Shown here piece by piece: positions 18,572-26,853 of a stretch of 64,000 nucleotides of DNA. Origin of the DNA: Escherichia phage EPIMRB01. The stretch lies in sequence record PQ657784; one strand, given 5' to 3'. The stretch's first letter is position 1; each line of letters starts with the position of its first letter. A program made the position numbers and the translations under genes. The notes below the pieces were generated by a model. It did no database searches. It saw only the letters and a program-made list of their open reading frames with translations, and was not told the DNA's origin.

Positions 18572-18669
18572 TACCTCCATTTACCAGTTTAATTCTAGTC
18601 ATCTTTTTGATGGCAGTCCATATAATCTATTTCTGAACTGCCTTTTTATCTTAGAAGGCCTCTTATGAA

Positions 18670-19638
18670 TTATTTCAGAAGAGTAACCTCAGCGATTTCT
18701 TCCCAACCGTTTTTGTCGGTCATAATAAAGTCAGCAAGATAAAGAGCAGTACGCAGTGAAACATTGCGTAAACGATTAACATTGACTTTCATCCATGATA
18801 ATGCTTTATAAGTTTCTTCATCAGAAAGACCGCGCTTTTGCATCATGTCAGTTGAAAGAATAACATCTTCAACCCTGACCATAATTTCTTCATTAGTGTG
18901 AACACCTAAATCTAAATAAACTGAGCGGGACACTAATGCTTGTAAATGTGGAGCAAGTTTAGTACCACGGTCTAATTCGCGGTCAATGTCAACGTTTGTG
19001 ATAAAAACAATCGTTCCTTTAAATTCAAACTCACGCTCAATGCCTTTTTCTTCTAAGTAAGAAGATGCAGTGCTCCAGCAGACTTTACGGGTCTCTCCAG
19101 TGTCCAGAGCAGCTTTCAGAAGATTAAGAATGTCCATATCAGAGAAAACATCCACATCATCAATCAAAAGGACAGAATTCTCTTCACGATTATTCCAAAG
19201 CTGCTCATAAAGACCAATACCAGAGATTTTACCGTTAATGCTTTTATACTCAATGTATCCAATATCATTTGCTTTATTTAAAGCTTTATCTAAAGAATAC
19301 GTTTTACCAATACCTGCTGCACCAGAGATAATTAATGAACGAATGTTTCCGTTAATAATACCATTCGTCATCATTCCCATAACATTAAATCTTTTATTAA
19401 TGCGGGTTTTCATATCTTCATATGATTCTTTAACTTCTTCAACTTTTACACCGTCATATGAAATGTCTGATTTGTAAACCCAAACACCGCGACGTTTACC
19501 GTCAATTTCAACAAAAACTTTACCATCTCCTTGTGCATCTACCGGAGCATTATCAGGGAACCACTCACCTAAGAGTTCAAAAGTTCCAGAGATTTCTTTG
19601 CCAAAGTAGATACCCTTATTGATAGTTACAGTTTTCAT
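18670..19638 (-). CDS. P-loop NTPase (AAA+-like ATPase), about 322 aa
   Basis: Walker A GAAGIGKT; Walker B VLLIDDVD; sensor-like FITN; start at the Met after promoter and GGAGAAT RBS. Confidence 0.65.
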   Translation of the reverse strand: MKTVTINKGIYFGKEISGTFELLGEWFPDNAPVDAQGDGKVFVEIDGKRRGVWVYKSDISYDGVKVEEVKESYEDMKTRINKRFNVMGMMTNGIINGNIRSLIISGAAGIGKTYSLDKALNKANDIGYIEYKSINGKISGIGLYEQLWNNREENSVLLIDDVDVFSDMDILNLLKAALDTGETRKVCWSTASSYLEEKGIEREFEFKGTIVFITNVDIDRELDRGTKLAPHLQALVSRSVYLDLGVHTNEEIMVRVEDVILSTDMMQKRGLSDEETYKALSWMKVNVNRLRNVSLRTALYLADFIMTDKNGWEEIAEVTLLK

Positions 19639-19672
19639 TTTATTCTCCAAATCCGTATCAGTTGATAGTTGT

Positions 19673-19725
19673 ATAGTACCATAAAGCTTTATGCTTGTAA
19701 ACCGTTCTGTGAAAAATTTTTGAAA
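19673..19725 (-). promoter_or_regulatory. T4-type early promoter with conserved leader
   Basis: Reverse complement reads TTTTTCACAGAACGGTTTAC-N17-TACTATACAACTATCAACTG. Confidence 0.55.
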
Positions 19726-19726
19726 T

Positions 19727-19751
19727 AAAAAAAGGGAGCCCGAAGGCTCCC
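19727..19751 (-). terminator. Intrinsic terminator (GGGAGCC-UUCG-GGCUCCC followed by a U run)
   Basis: Plus strand aaaaaaagggagcccgaaggctccc immediately after the stop of ORF 19754..20767. Confidence 0.7.
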
Positions 19752-19753
19752 TA

Positions 19754-20767
19754 TCATTTATAATAACTTCGGTGGTTTTCAAGATAGACCTTCTCAAGGA
19801 AGTCATCCCAGAAACTCATATCTACTTTTTGCTGCATACCGTTCTTAGAAGCTTCAGTAGATGCTGCTTCTACTTGATCTACCACATCTTCCAAAAACTC
19901 TTGAACTATTTTAAATGGATGTTTACCCAACTTCACGTCGAGAATAAATGGAGCATCTTGGAGTGGATAAACCAAGTCGCCAGTTTTGTAAATTTCCAAT
20001 AGTTGGAGTCCACCACGACAAGCATGACTTAGTGCTTTCCAATCAATACCTTCATTAGCTTCGGCTTTACGAGCACGTTCACCATATTCAGCATCTAATT
20101 TGTTCAGTGACTGCTTAAGCTCAATAAGAGAAAGCGTTGTCTGATATTTACGACCCAGCACTGTATAGAACGTTTGTGGACCTGTTTTCTCATGATTATG
20201 GAACACCCATTCACAGAATTCGTTTTCTGGAAGACGATGCTTAATATCTTCAATTTTAGTGCGACGTTGTCCTTGTGTTCCATCTTCTCGGTAGACATTC
20301 CGTTGATCAGGAATTTGATTAATTACTTTCAACACATCACGTAATGCAGCTAGACGAGAACCTTTAACACCATATTTAGAGGCTTGCTTGCGGACATATC
20401 CTAAATAGGATTTCATGTTAGTCGTATAAAAACGAGAACGGTTGTCTTGAATAAACTTCCACACATCAGGCAAATCAGATTTAACCACTAGTTCAGGTGG
20501 AGTGTGAAGCATATCCAATGCTACAGTTTCACCATCTGCTGCTAATTTAAAGAAATACTTAAGACTATACAATTCGTGGTCAATATCATCTTTAGTGTTT
20601 TTAGATGATGTGTTGTTGGTATTTTTACTCATGTGCTCTTTGACATTTCCGATAAGAATATCGCGAGCAGGAGGAACAAAGATTTCTTTAAAATCTACAT
20701 CAGATTCTGGGGTAGAAGTTCCATAAAGATGACTACCGAAATAGCTTTTCATTACTGTTTTCATCAT
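19754..20767 (-). CDS. Pol-beta-superfamily nucleotidyltransferase-like protein, 337 aa
   Basis: N-terminal FGSHLYGTSTPESDVDF fits the G[SG]-x(9-13)-DxD signature; no other domain recognised. Confidence 0.55.
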   Translation of the reverse strand: MMKTVMKSYFGSHLYGTSTPESDVDFKEIFVPPARDILIGNVKEHMSKNTNNTSSKNTKDDIDHELYSLKYFFKLAADGETVALDMLHTPPELVVKSDLPDVWKFIQDNRSRFYTTNMKSYLGYVRKQASKYGVKGSRLAALRDVLKVINQIPDQRNVYREDGTQGQRRTKIEDIKHRLPENEFCEWVFHNHEKTGPQTFYTVLGRKYQTTLSLIELKQSLNKLDAEYGERARKAEANEGIDWKALSHACRGGLQLLEIYKTGDLVYPLQDAPFILDVKLGKHPFKIVQEFLEDVVDQVEAASTEASKNGMQQKVDMSFWDDFLEKVYLENHRSYYK

Positions 20768-21225
20768 TCAGCCTTATATTCAATAACAGGACATACTTTA
20801 GCTTTACGAGCTTTTAAAAATTCAACGATAATCGATTTCTTGGGTTGAATAGGAGGTAAACCTTTATTTTTCCTATCAATGTTTTCTACGTGTAAAGCAT
20901 AATCCTTTTTCCATTTATAATCTTTATATTTTTCACGCAAATGTACAGGAATAACAAATGAACCAATAATAAGTAAAACAACCAAAAGCGCAAGTATAAA
21001 TGCTGATGGAAGCAAAGTCCATAAACTACCGAAAATAAGCCATCGTTGTAGGCTTTCTGCACAAATAATTGTTAGCCCTACAAGTATAGCACATCCAAAA
21101 ATAGAAACGAAAAATGTAGGAATGACAATAGACCAAAAATATGCGCATAATGTCTTAGGTCGTTGCCATTCATCGTTAAACAATTTGAATAATTTATAGT
21201 GCCAAGAGTTTTCATTAATAATCAT
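20764..21225 (-). CDS. Membrane protein, 153 aa (two or more TM helices)
   Basis: Hydrophobic segments YFWSIVIPTFFVSIFGCAILVGLTIICA and LLPSAFILALLVVLLIIGSFVIP. Confidence 0.55.
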   Translation of the reverse strand: MIINENSWHYKLFKLFNDEWQRPKTLCAYFWSIVIPTFFVSIFGCAILVGLTIICAESLQRWLIFGSLWTLLPSAFILALLVVLLIIGSFVIPVHLREKYKDYKWKKDYALHVENIDRKNKGLPPIQPKKSIIVEFLKARKAKVCPVIEYKAE

Positions 21226-21227
21226 AA

Positions 21228-21749
21228 TTATCCTTTCATTGAAGGCGTAACGGTTGTTAAATACTTAATCATAGCTTCAGCTTCTGATTTTGATAATGAA
21301 ATTTCTTCACCGTTTTGACGAATAGAAATAAAATCCGGATGACGGTCACCACCAGCTTTTAAAACACACATATAAGTATCAGTTTCGCCTTCAATATTTG
21401 AAATGATTGAAGCAGTTCCGCATGAATGTGGTTTTTGATAAATCAATACAGCTTTTCTTCCACCGTTTGACTGTTCATAGGCTTTTAATACATCAAGCAA
21501 ATCAGTTCTTTTATCAATAGCTAAAATGTTATTTTCATCTTCAATGTTAAATCCTTCGGATACTTCATAAAGCGTTACCCATAAATCACCGATGTCAATA
21601 ACAGCATTTACTTTTCCACGGCTTTCAAGAGTATGACAAATTTTCTTGATTTCGTCATAACTCATTTTAATAATATCATCTCCTTGACTAAGAAAGATGT
21701 CATTTTTAAATTCAACACGAATTAAACCACTTCCACTTGAAATAAACAT
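21228..21749 (-). CDS. Hypothetical protein, 173 aa; paralogue of 21756..22310
   Basis: C-terminus SKSEAEAMIKYLTTVTPSM resembles TKDEAIALKTYLDSVIPTM of its neighbour. Confidence 0.55.
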   Translation of the reverse strand: MFISSGSGLIRVEFKNDIFLSQGDDIIKMSYDEIKKICHTLESRGKVNAVIDIGDLWVTLYEVSEGFNIEDENNILAIDKRTDLLDVLKAYEQSNGGRKAVLIYQKPHSCGTASIISNIEGETDTYMCVLKAGGDRHPDFISIRQNGEEISLSKSEAEAMIKYLTTVTPSMKG

Positions 21750-21755
21750 ATTTCC

Positions 21756-22310
21756 TCACTTTGAAATCATAGTTGGAATGACAGAATCAAGATAAGTCTT
21801 TAGCGCAATAGCTTCGTCTTTGGTAAATGTAATGATATGTGATCGAAAATCATCAATTTGACGAATAGATACTACATCTCCCTCTTCATAGCATTTTGAC
21901 ACATTTAAAATAGTTTCATCATTCTGATCGCAAGCGTTAGTAATAATAGCATTGCAATTTTTGAGCCATTTTAAACTATGTTTTCTTTCATTAGAATAAT
22001 AAAAATATTTAATCTTAGCTATAAAACTATCCCAATGGATAACTGATAAACACATTGACTCGCTTTTAATATTAAATCCTGGGCATGAAGAATAAAAATG
22101 AATTTTATGCTCATCATTAATGCTTACAATTTTATCAGTGTAAGCATATTCAATTTGAGTTAAACGAACAATTTCACTAGGTGTAAAATACAGCATATCG
22201 TCTTCTTGCGTCAAACGATACATATTATTTACTTTTTCTATAGCCAATTCACCAAAAAGTGGACTAACTTCTAATACTAATCGTTTCATATTAATCCTTT
22301 TTATTGGCAC
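21756..22310 (-). CDS. Hypothetical protein, 184 aa; paralogue of 21228..21749
   Basis: Shared C-terminal motif with the downstream gene. Confidence 0.55.
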   Translation of the reverse strand: MPIKRINMKRLVLEVSPLFGELAIEKVNNMYRLTQEDDMLYFTPSEIVRLTQIEYAYTDKIVSINDEHKIHFYSSCPGFNIKSESMCLSVIHWDSFIAKIKYFYYSNERKHSLKWLKNCNAIITNACDQNDETILNVSKCYEEGDVVSIRQIDDFRSHIITFTKDEAIALKTYLDSVIPTMISK

Positions 22311-22569
22311 GAATTTGTTCTAAAATTTTAGAGTATTCCTTTGTATCAGATTTACGTACAATCGATACACTATACGGCATACTATCGGTGTCTTTTATAA
22401 AGCGTTCCAAATGACATTCTAATAAAATTTCTGGATTATAAATCGTGTACATCAAATTACCTGTTGCTCCACGATATTGACAGATTTCTACTGATTGAAC
22501 ACCATTCCATAATTTTGTTAAGACCAAATCACCTACTTCTAATTTAGGAAAGCCCATGTTATTCACCAA
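22291..22569 (-). CDS. Hypothetical protein, 92 aa
   Basis: ORF. Confidence 0.45.
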   Translation of the reverse strand: MVNNMGFPKLEVGDLVLTKLWNGVQSVEICQYRGATGNLMYTIYNPEILLECHLERFIKDTDSMPYSVSIVRKSDTKEYSKILEQIRANKKD

Positions 22570-22744
22570 TTAAAGTTTCAATATAAGAATCAAGATTTAC
22601 TTTAGCTTCTTCCATAAGAGTTTTGTATTTAATCTTGTTGGCATGTCCGGAGAAAGCTGATTCATCAATAATTGTTGATGTATGAACAGCTTTACTATAC
22701 GTCTCAATTAATTCTCTTAATTTAAAAGCCTGCTCACTTGTCAT
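22559..22744 (-). CDS. Hypothetical protein, 61 aa
   Basis: First ORF after the early promoter at 22876-22910. Confidence 0.4.
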   Translation of the reverse strand: MTSEQAFKLRELIETYSKAVHTSTIIDESAFSGHANKIKYKTLMEEAKVNLDSYIETLIGE

Positions 22745-22875
22745 TACATACTCCTCTGAATCATATCAATAATGTTGTTCACCAAATTATAAGTAAACAT
22801 TGGGTAATTATATTGAATCATCACATACACAACAAACAAAACTTTCATTCTCTTCTCCTTGGCAGTTGACAAGAT

Positions 22876-22910
22876 TACTATACCATAACCTTGCCAACTT
22901 GTAAACCATT
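22876..22910 (-). promoter_or_regulatory. T4-type early promoter (GTTTAC-N17-GTATAGTAAT)
   Basis: Reverse complement reads GTTTACAAGTTGGCAAGGTTATGGTATAGTAAT. Confidence 0.5.
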
Positions 22911-23082
22911 AAATGACGTTTTCGATAAAATTCTGAAGCTTTGTATGAGCATCAACCATGATTTTCATTTCTTCCTTTGCGAAAGCTGTGCCTCTTTCAC
23001 GAGAAGAACATTCATAGTCAGAAACTGCATTAGCATATTCTTCAATTAGCTTCATTAAAAACATCTGCTTTTCAGTTTTCAT
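22909..23082 (-). CDS. Small hypothetical protein, 57 aa (below track cutoff)
   Basis: ATG at 23082 to TAA at 22909, read by eye: MKTEKQMFLMKLIEEYANAV... Confidence 0.3.
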   Translation of the reverse strand: MKTEKQMFLMKLIEEYANAVSDYECSSRERGTAFAKEEMKIMVDAHTKLQNFIENVI

Positions 23083-23266
23083 TATTCCACCTAATCATTT
23101 CAAGATATTGAACTAACTTAGCTTTGGATTTATCCAAATCCTTTTTAGCTGTTTCTATACCGTCGTATGAATATCCTTCACAATGCTCAACTGCTAATTG
23201 ATATGAATCTATTTCAACATCACGTGCTAATTTAATGATTTTTTCAAACTGTTCGTGTGTTAGCAT
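23072..23266 (-). CDS. Hypothetical protein, 64 aa
   Basis: ORF. Confidence 0.4.
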   Translation of the reverse strand: MLTHEQFEKIIKLARDVEIDSYQLAVEHCEGYSYDGIETAKKDLDKSKAKLVQYLEMIRWNNEN

Positions 23267-23268
23267 AC

Positions 23269-23508
23269 TTAAACTCTCGTATTATGATCGATAATTTCAT
23301 CAAGAAACATATCTAACGCTTCTAAAGCATTATCAACTTTAGTTTCAAAGTCTTTAATGCCTTTATTCGAAATACCCGATGAATACCAAGCAAAGTCAAT
23401 CAGCTCTTCATCTGCTTTACGAATTGAAGCCACTAATTCCTTGATTTTATCTGCTTGCTCTATACTAATCATTATTCTACCACATATGACAGAGAGAATA
23501 TTGCACAC
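23269..23508 (-). CDS. Hypothetical protein, 67-79 aa (start ambiguous)
   Basis: ORF; alternative Met at 23472 would remove the overlap with the upstream gene. Confidence 0.4.
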
Positions 23509-23660
23509 GCCATGTGAGTTGCAACTTCATCACACATATTATAACGTTTCTTAAGAAGTTCTACAAGTTCTTCACTAGTAACTTCATCCATGTCGACGAA
23601 AAAATCACCATTAATGATGACGTAGATATTTCCTTCTTGATTGAGTGCTTCAATTTTCAT
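23472..23660 (-). CDS. Hypothetical protein, about 62 aa (start at the Met after promoter and GAGGAG RBS)
   Basis: Track ORF 23472..23705 trimmed to MKIEALNQ. Confidence 0.4.
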
Positions 23661-23687
23661 GATGTTCTCCTCTTTATCCGATAGTTG

Positions 23688-23725
23688 TATAGTATCACAG
23701 CTCAAACGGAAAGTAAACCGGTAAA
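23688..23725 (-). promoter_or_regulatory. T4-type early promoter with conserved leader
   Basis: Reverse complement reads GGTTTAC-N17-GATACTATACAACTATCGGATAAAGAGGAG. Confidence 0.55.
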
Positions 23726-23728
23726 ATG

Positions 23729-23751
23729 AAAAAAGTCTCCCGAAGGAGACT
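23729..23751 (-). terminator. Intrinsic terminator (AGUCUCC-UUCG-GGAGACU followed by a U run)
   Basis: Plus strand aaaaaagtctcccgaaggagact just downstream of ORF 23756..24142. Confidence 0.65.
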
Positions 23752-23755
23752 AATG

Positions 23756-24142
23756 TTATTCGAGGGAAAGAAGATATTTACTCTGGTAAAACATTCCAGT
23801 AATATCATCTATCGTGCTTTGAATGGCTGGAGGCATTTCTTTATAAATGCTGTTAGATTGGTCTAGTATGCGATCAATCATTTTAATTGTGTCGGTAGGA
23901 AGTTTACTGGCATCTGGAATTGAAGGCGTGTATTTTCTACCAGAATACCCCAAATATTGTTCACCAAATTTATCAATCAAATCTGGCAATTCGGAGAAAA
24001 TAAAATCGTATGCTTTGTGTCTAGCATAACTTTTAGTTTCAAAATGTGCAGAATGAAAATAAGCTTGTGCAGCCATTAATAAACCTAAGTATTCATCTGC
24101 CTTTGAAGGTTTTCCACTTTGTGAAAAGTCGCTGAATTTCAT
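23756..24142 (-). CDS. Hypothetical protein, 128 aa (position of T4 rI.-1)
   Basis: ORF immediately downstream of rI. Confidence 0.5.
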
Positions 24143-24432
24143 TCAGTCTCCAATTTAATGTTCATAATTCTAGCGTATGATTGTGCCATCTCCGCGCCTC
24201 GTTCTATACATTCAAAATCAGAAGAGCACGGGTCATTTTTATAGGTCGTTCTCATAAAACTATAGAACTGTTCAGATGATTCTACGCTTTTATTTTCAAA
24301 AAGCATATAAACATGTCTAATACCAGATTCCATAAATTTATCAAAATGAGGATCGACATTCGCTTCAATCGATGGTGATAAAGCAAATGACAATCCTAGC
24401 ATGGCAAATAGTGCCGTTGCTTTTAAGGCCAT
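24139..24432 (-). CDS. rI: Lysis-inhibition regulator rI-like membrane/periplasmic protein
   Basis: 97 aa with N-terminal signal-anchor MALKATALFAMLGLSFALS; size and position next to tk match T4 rI. Confidence 0.65.
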   Translation of the reverse strand: MALKATALFAMLGLSFALSPSIEANVDPHFDKFMESGIRHVYMLFENKSVESSEQFYSFMRTTYKNDPCSSDFECIERGAEMAQSYARIMNIKLETE

Positions 24433-24444
24433 AAAGGCCTCCTA

Positions 24445-24657
24445 TCATTTTTGTCCTGTATTTACTTTATGCCGATGCACGGCCTTAACTTTATCAAGGT
24501 ATTTTTCAAAATTTCGCAATCTAGTATAGTCTGCCGGAGATTGGTTGAGTGATACTTCTCGACGCAAAGCTGAAATGATATTTCCAACTTCCCTACGAAT
24601 TTCATCTAATTGAAGCACAGTAAGATTGCGAAGTTGCTTTTCAGTTAATTGTAGCAT
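24445..24657 (-). CDS. Hypothetical protein, 70 aa
   Basis: ORF between tk and rI. Confidence 0.5.
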
Positions 24658-24699
24658 ATATACCCCTTTAGTTAGATAAACCTATTTATAACTTTTGCA

Positions 24700-25281
24700 C
24701 TAACCGAGCTTTTTAGTTAATTCGTTCCAGTGTTTTCTACACAAAGAAACATAAATTTCATCACCAATACAGATTTGATTACCTTCTTTAACTGGTGTTC
24801 CATCTTCCATTAATCGAGCTGTCATAATCGCTTTTTTGCCGCAATGACAAACTGCCTTTAGTTCAATAAGTTTATCTGCAATCGCTAAAAGTTCTTTAGA
24901 ACCTTCAAACAATTTTCCAGCGAAATCAGTCCTTAATCCATAAGCCATAACAGGAACATTATATGTATCAACAATTCGACTTAATTGATGCACCTGTTCA
25001 GTTTTTAAAAACTGAGCTTCATCTACAAATACGCAATGAATATCTTTTTGTGCTTCAGCCCATTTATAGAACTCGAAAATATCCATATCATCTGTAATAA
25101 TATTCGCTTCCTGCTTAATTCCAATGCGAGAAACAACTTCACAGACAGAATCGCGAGTATCAATAGCAGGCTTAAGAACTAATACACCCATTCCACGTTC
25201 TTTATAATTATGTGCAGCAGTCAAAAGAGAAGCAGATTTTCCAGCATTCATTGCTGCATAAGTAAAAATTAAACTCGCCAT
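24700..25281 (-). CDS. tk: Thymidine kinase
   Basis: 193 aa; P-loop MNAGKS; C-terminal Zn-binding Cys pairs typical of type II TK. Confidence 0.92.
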   Translation of the reverse strand: MASLIFTYAAMNAGKSASLLTAAHNYKERGMGVLVLKPAIDTRDSVCEVVSRIGIKQEANIITDDMDIFEFYKWAEAQKDIHCVFVDEAQFLKTEQVHQLSRIVDTYNVPVMAYGLRTDFAGKLFEGSKELLAIADKLIELKAVCHCGKKAIMTARLMEDGTPVKEGNQICIGDEIYVSLCRKHWNELTKKLG

Positions 25282-25290
25282 ATCACCTTC

Positions 25291-25476
25291 TTAAAGCGTA
25301 TTCACATAAGCTATTAATTCATTTTCTTTCTTATCAAACCGATCAGCAAATTCTTCCTGCTGTTCGGGAGATAGCGGGCCGTATTCATCATAAAAGGTGT
25401 TTGCTTCTGTATGCTCATCTAGAAGTTCATGGATAAGCTCAAACAATTTATCTTTTTGTTCTTTACTCAGACTCAT
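25291..25476 (-). CDS. Hypothetical acidic protein, 61 aa
   Basis: ORF. Confidence 0.45.
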   Translation of the reverse strand: MSLSKEQKDKLFELIHELLDEHTEANTFYDEYGPLSPEQQEEFADRFDKKENELIAYVNTL

Positions 25477-25646
25477 ATATTAATTTCCAGGAGTTTTAAA
25501 ATAATTCGCTTTTGCTTAAATATTTCCATAGTTAAATGATCAGTATCTTTTTGACCAATTCCAATGGCAAAACCTTTATTAGCAGCGAGTTCAATTAAAT
25601 TATCAAGCTCACGTAACACTTCGTATTGTAACTCAAAACTATTCAT
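25473..25646 (-). CDS. Small hypothetical protein, about 57 aa (below track cutoff)
   Basis: ATG at 25646 to TGA at 25473, read by eye; ATGA overlaps at both ends. Confidence 0.3.
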   Translation of the reverse strand: MNSFELQYEVLRELDNLIELAANKGFAIGIGQKDTDHLTMEIFKQKRIILKLLEINI

Positions 25647-25870
25647 TTTGGTTTACCTTCTTTAACGAAATCTGGATAAGGATAAAATCCCGAATAAAAT
25701 CCTTCACCTTTATGATTGATACATCCTTTATTAGAACAATAGCACCAATAATCGAAATCACAAGTCATTTCATCGTTGCATAAAGCAAAAACAACCGGCC
25801 ACTTACACTTTTCACAGTGGGCATTTTTAAGAATACTAGTTTGGCTCATAACCATGTAACCTTTAAGCAA
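25643..25870 (-). CDS. Cys-rich small protein, 75 aa (probable Zn-binding)
   Basis: Cys pattern CEKCKW...C...C...CYC...C. Confidence 0.45.
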   Translation of the reverse strand: MLKGYMVMSQTSILKNAHCEKCKWPVVFALCNDEMTCDFDYWCYCSNKGCINHKGEGFYSGFYPYPDFVKEGKPK

Positions 25871-26058
25871 TATTCTTCTACATGTTGTTTACGACCTTTC
25901 TTATCAATAAAGGTATATTCAACGAATGTTCCAATGTAGTCTTTATCTACATCATGTGGACTATTAATTGGGCATTTAGTACGGCAAATGCGTTCCCATT
26001 GACGAATAATTACTGCTTTGTTTTTAGGATCAAACGGATGTGGGTAATGTACTTTCAT
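25846..26058 (-). CDS. Hypothetical protein, 70 aa
   Basis: ORF. Confidence 0.4.
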   Translation of the reverse strand: MKVHYPHPFDPKNKAVIIRQWERICRTKCPINSPHDVDKDYIGTFVEYTFIDKKGRKQHVEEYCLKVTWL

Positions 26059-26509
26059 AATCCACCACTATTAAATCAATATCAGGAGTAAACATGTCGA
26101 TTAATTTAGAAACCTTATCCCAATCGCCGCCAGCAATACCACAACCTATACGCGGAATGTAAATTACCGGTTTAAACAAAAGGGTTTCTGCCTGTAGATT
26201 TAATTCTATCATGCAGTTTACTAAAGCACCATAATCAAGATTAGGACCTGGTTCGTATTGCGTATACAAGTTATAACATATGCCAAACCCATTAGGTTTA
26301 TGTTTAAAAACAATAGACATATCACCGAGTTTTTCACGCGAACCATATTCAGTTGTGGTCTTATCTATTTCTAAAATTTTGGGATAGGCTCTTGCTAATT
26401 GACCAGCTACACCACTGCCCATTGTATGAAAACAGTTACACCCGTGCGCAATAATATTACCTTCAAGAAAGAGGGCGACAATATCGCCCTTGATATATTT
26501 TACAATCAT
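26030..26509 (-). CDS. Macro-domain protein (ADP-ribose binding/processing fold), 159 aa
   Basis: Macro-domain motifs KGDIVAL, GSGVAGQL, PRIGCGIAGG. Confidence 0.65.
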   Translation of the reverse strand: MIVKYIKGDIVALFLEGNIIAHGCNCFHTMGSGVAGQLARAYPKILEIDKTTTEYGSREKLGDMSIVFKHKPNGFGICYNLYTQYEPGPNLDYGALVNCMIELNLQAETLLFKPVIYIPRIGCGIAGGDWDKVSKLIDMFTPDIDLIVVDYESTLPTSV

Positions 26510-26853
26510 CTAGTACTCAATCCTCGATTATAAGAATCTACTAAACGGTCAACCATTGAATGACAAGCGGCTTTATCTTTTTCCTCCGCAACTGAACATT
26601 CTAGGGTATTCCACTTTTTAGCATATCGTTTTAATAATGTATCGTTTTTGTATCTGCTTGATTTATCTCTTTCTCCGTCTTTATATGCATATATTAATTT
26701 CTGCGCAAATTCAGCTTGGCATGCTTTATTTTTCCCACAATAATCTGCCGCAGTGCGGTTCACATACTCCCTAATTTCAGTATATGATGTATCTGCTGAC
26801 GCATAAGCAGAAAATGAAATTAATCCTATACATAAAACCAAAATTTTAGTCAT
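26506..26853 (-). CDS. Secreted hypothetical protein, 115 aa (in the position of T4 vs)
   Basis: N-terminal signal peptide MTKILVLCIGLISFSAYASA; identity with Vs not verified. Confidence 0.5.
   Translation of the reverse strand: MTKILVLCIGLISFSAYASADTSYTEIREYVNRTAADYCGKNKACQAEFAQKLIYAYKDGERDKSSRYKNDTLLKRYAKKWNTLECSVAEEKDKAACHSMVDRLVDSYNRGLSTR

Noticed and set aside
5133-20848. Plus-strand ORFs scattered through the minus-strand early block (e.g. 5133..5330, 8058..8264, 8502..8684, 8837..9061, 10124..10342, 18230..18418, 19238..19477, 19772..20002, 20633..20848)
   Set aside because: All are antisense to well-supported genes (55, nrdG, nrdD, ATPase, NTase), are low-complexity or hydrophobic, and lack an RBS or promoter context.
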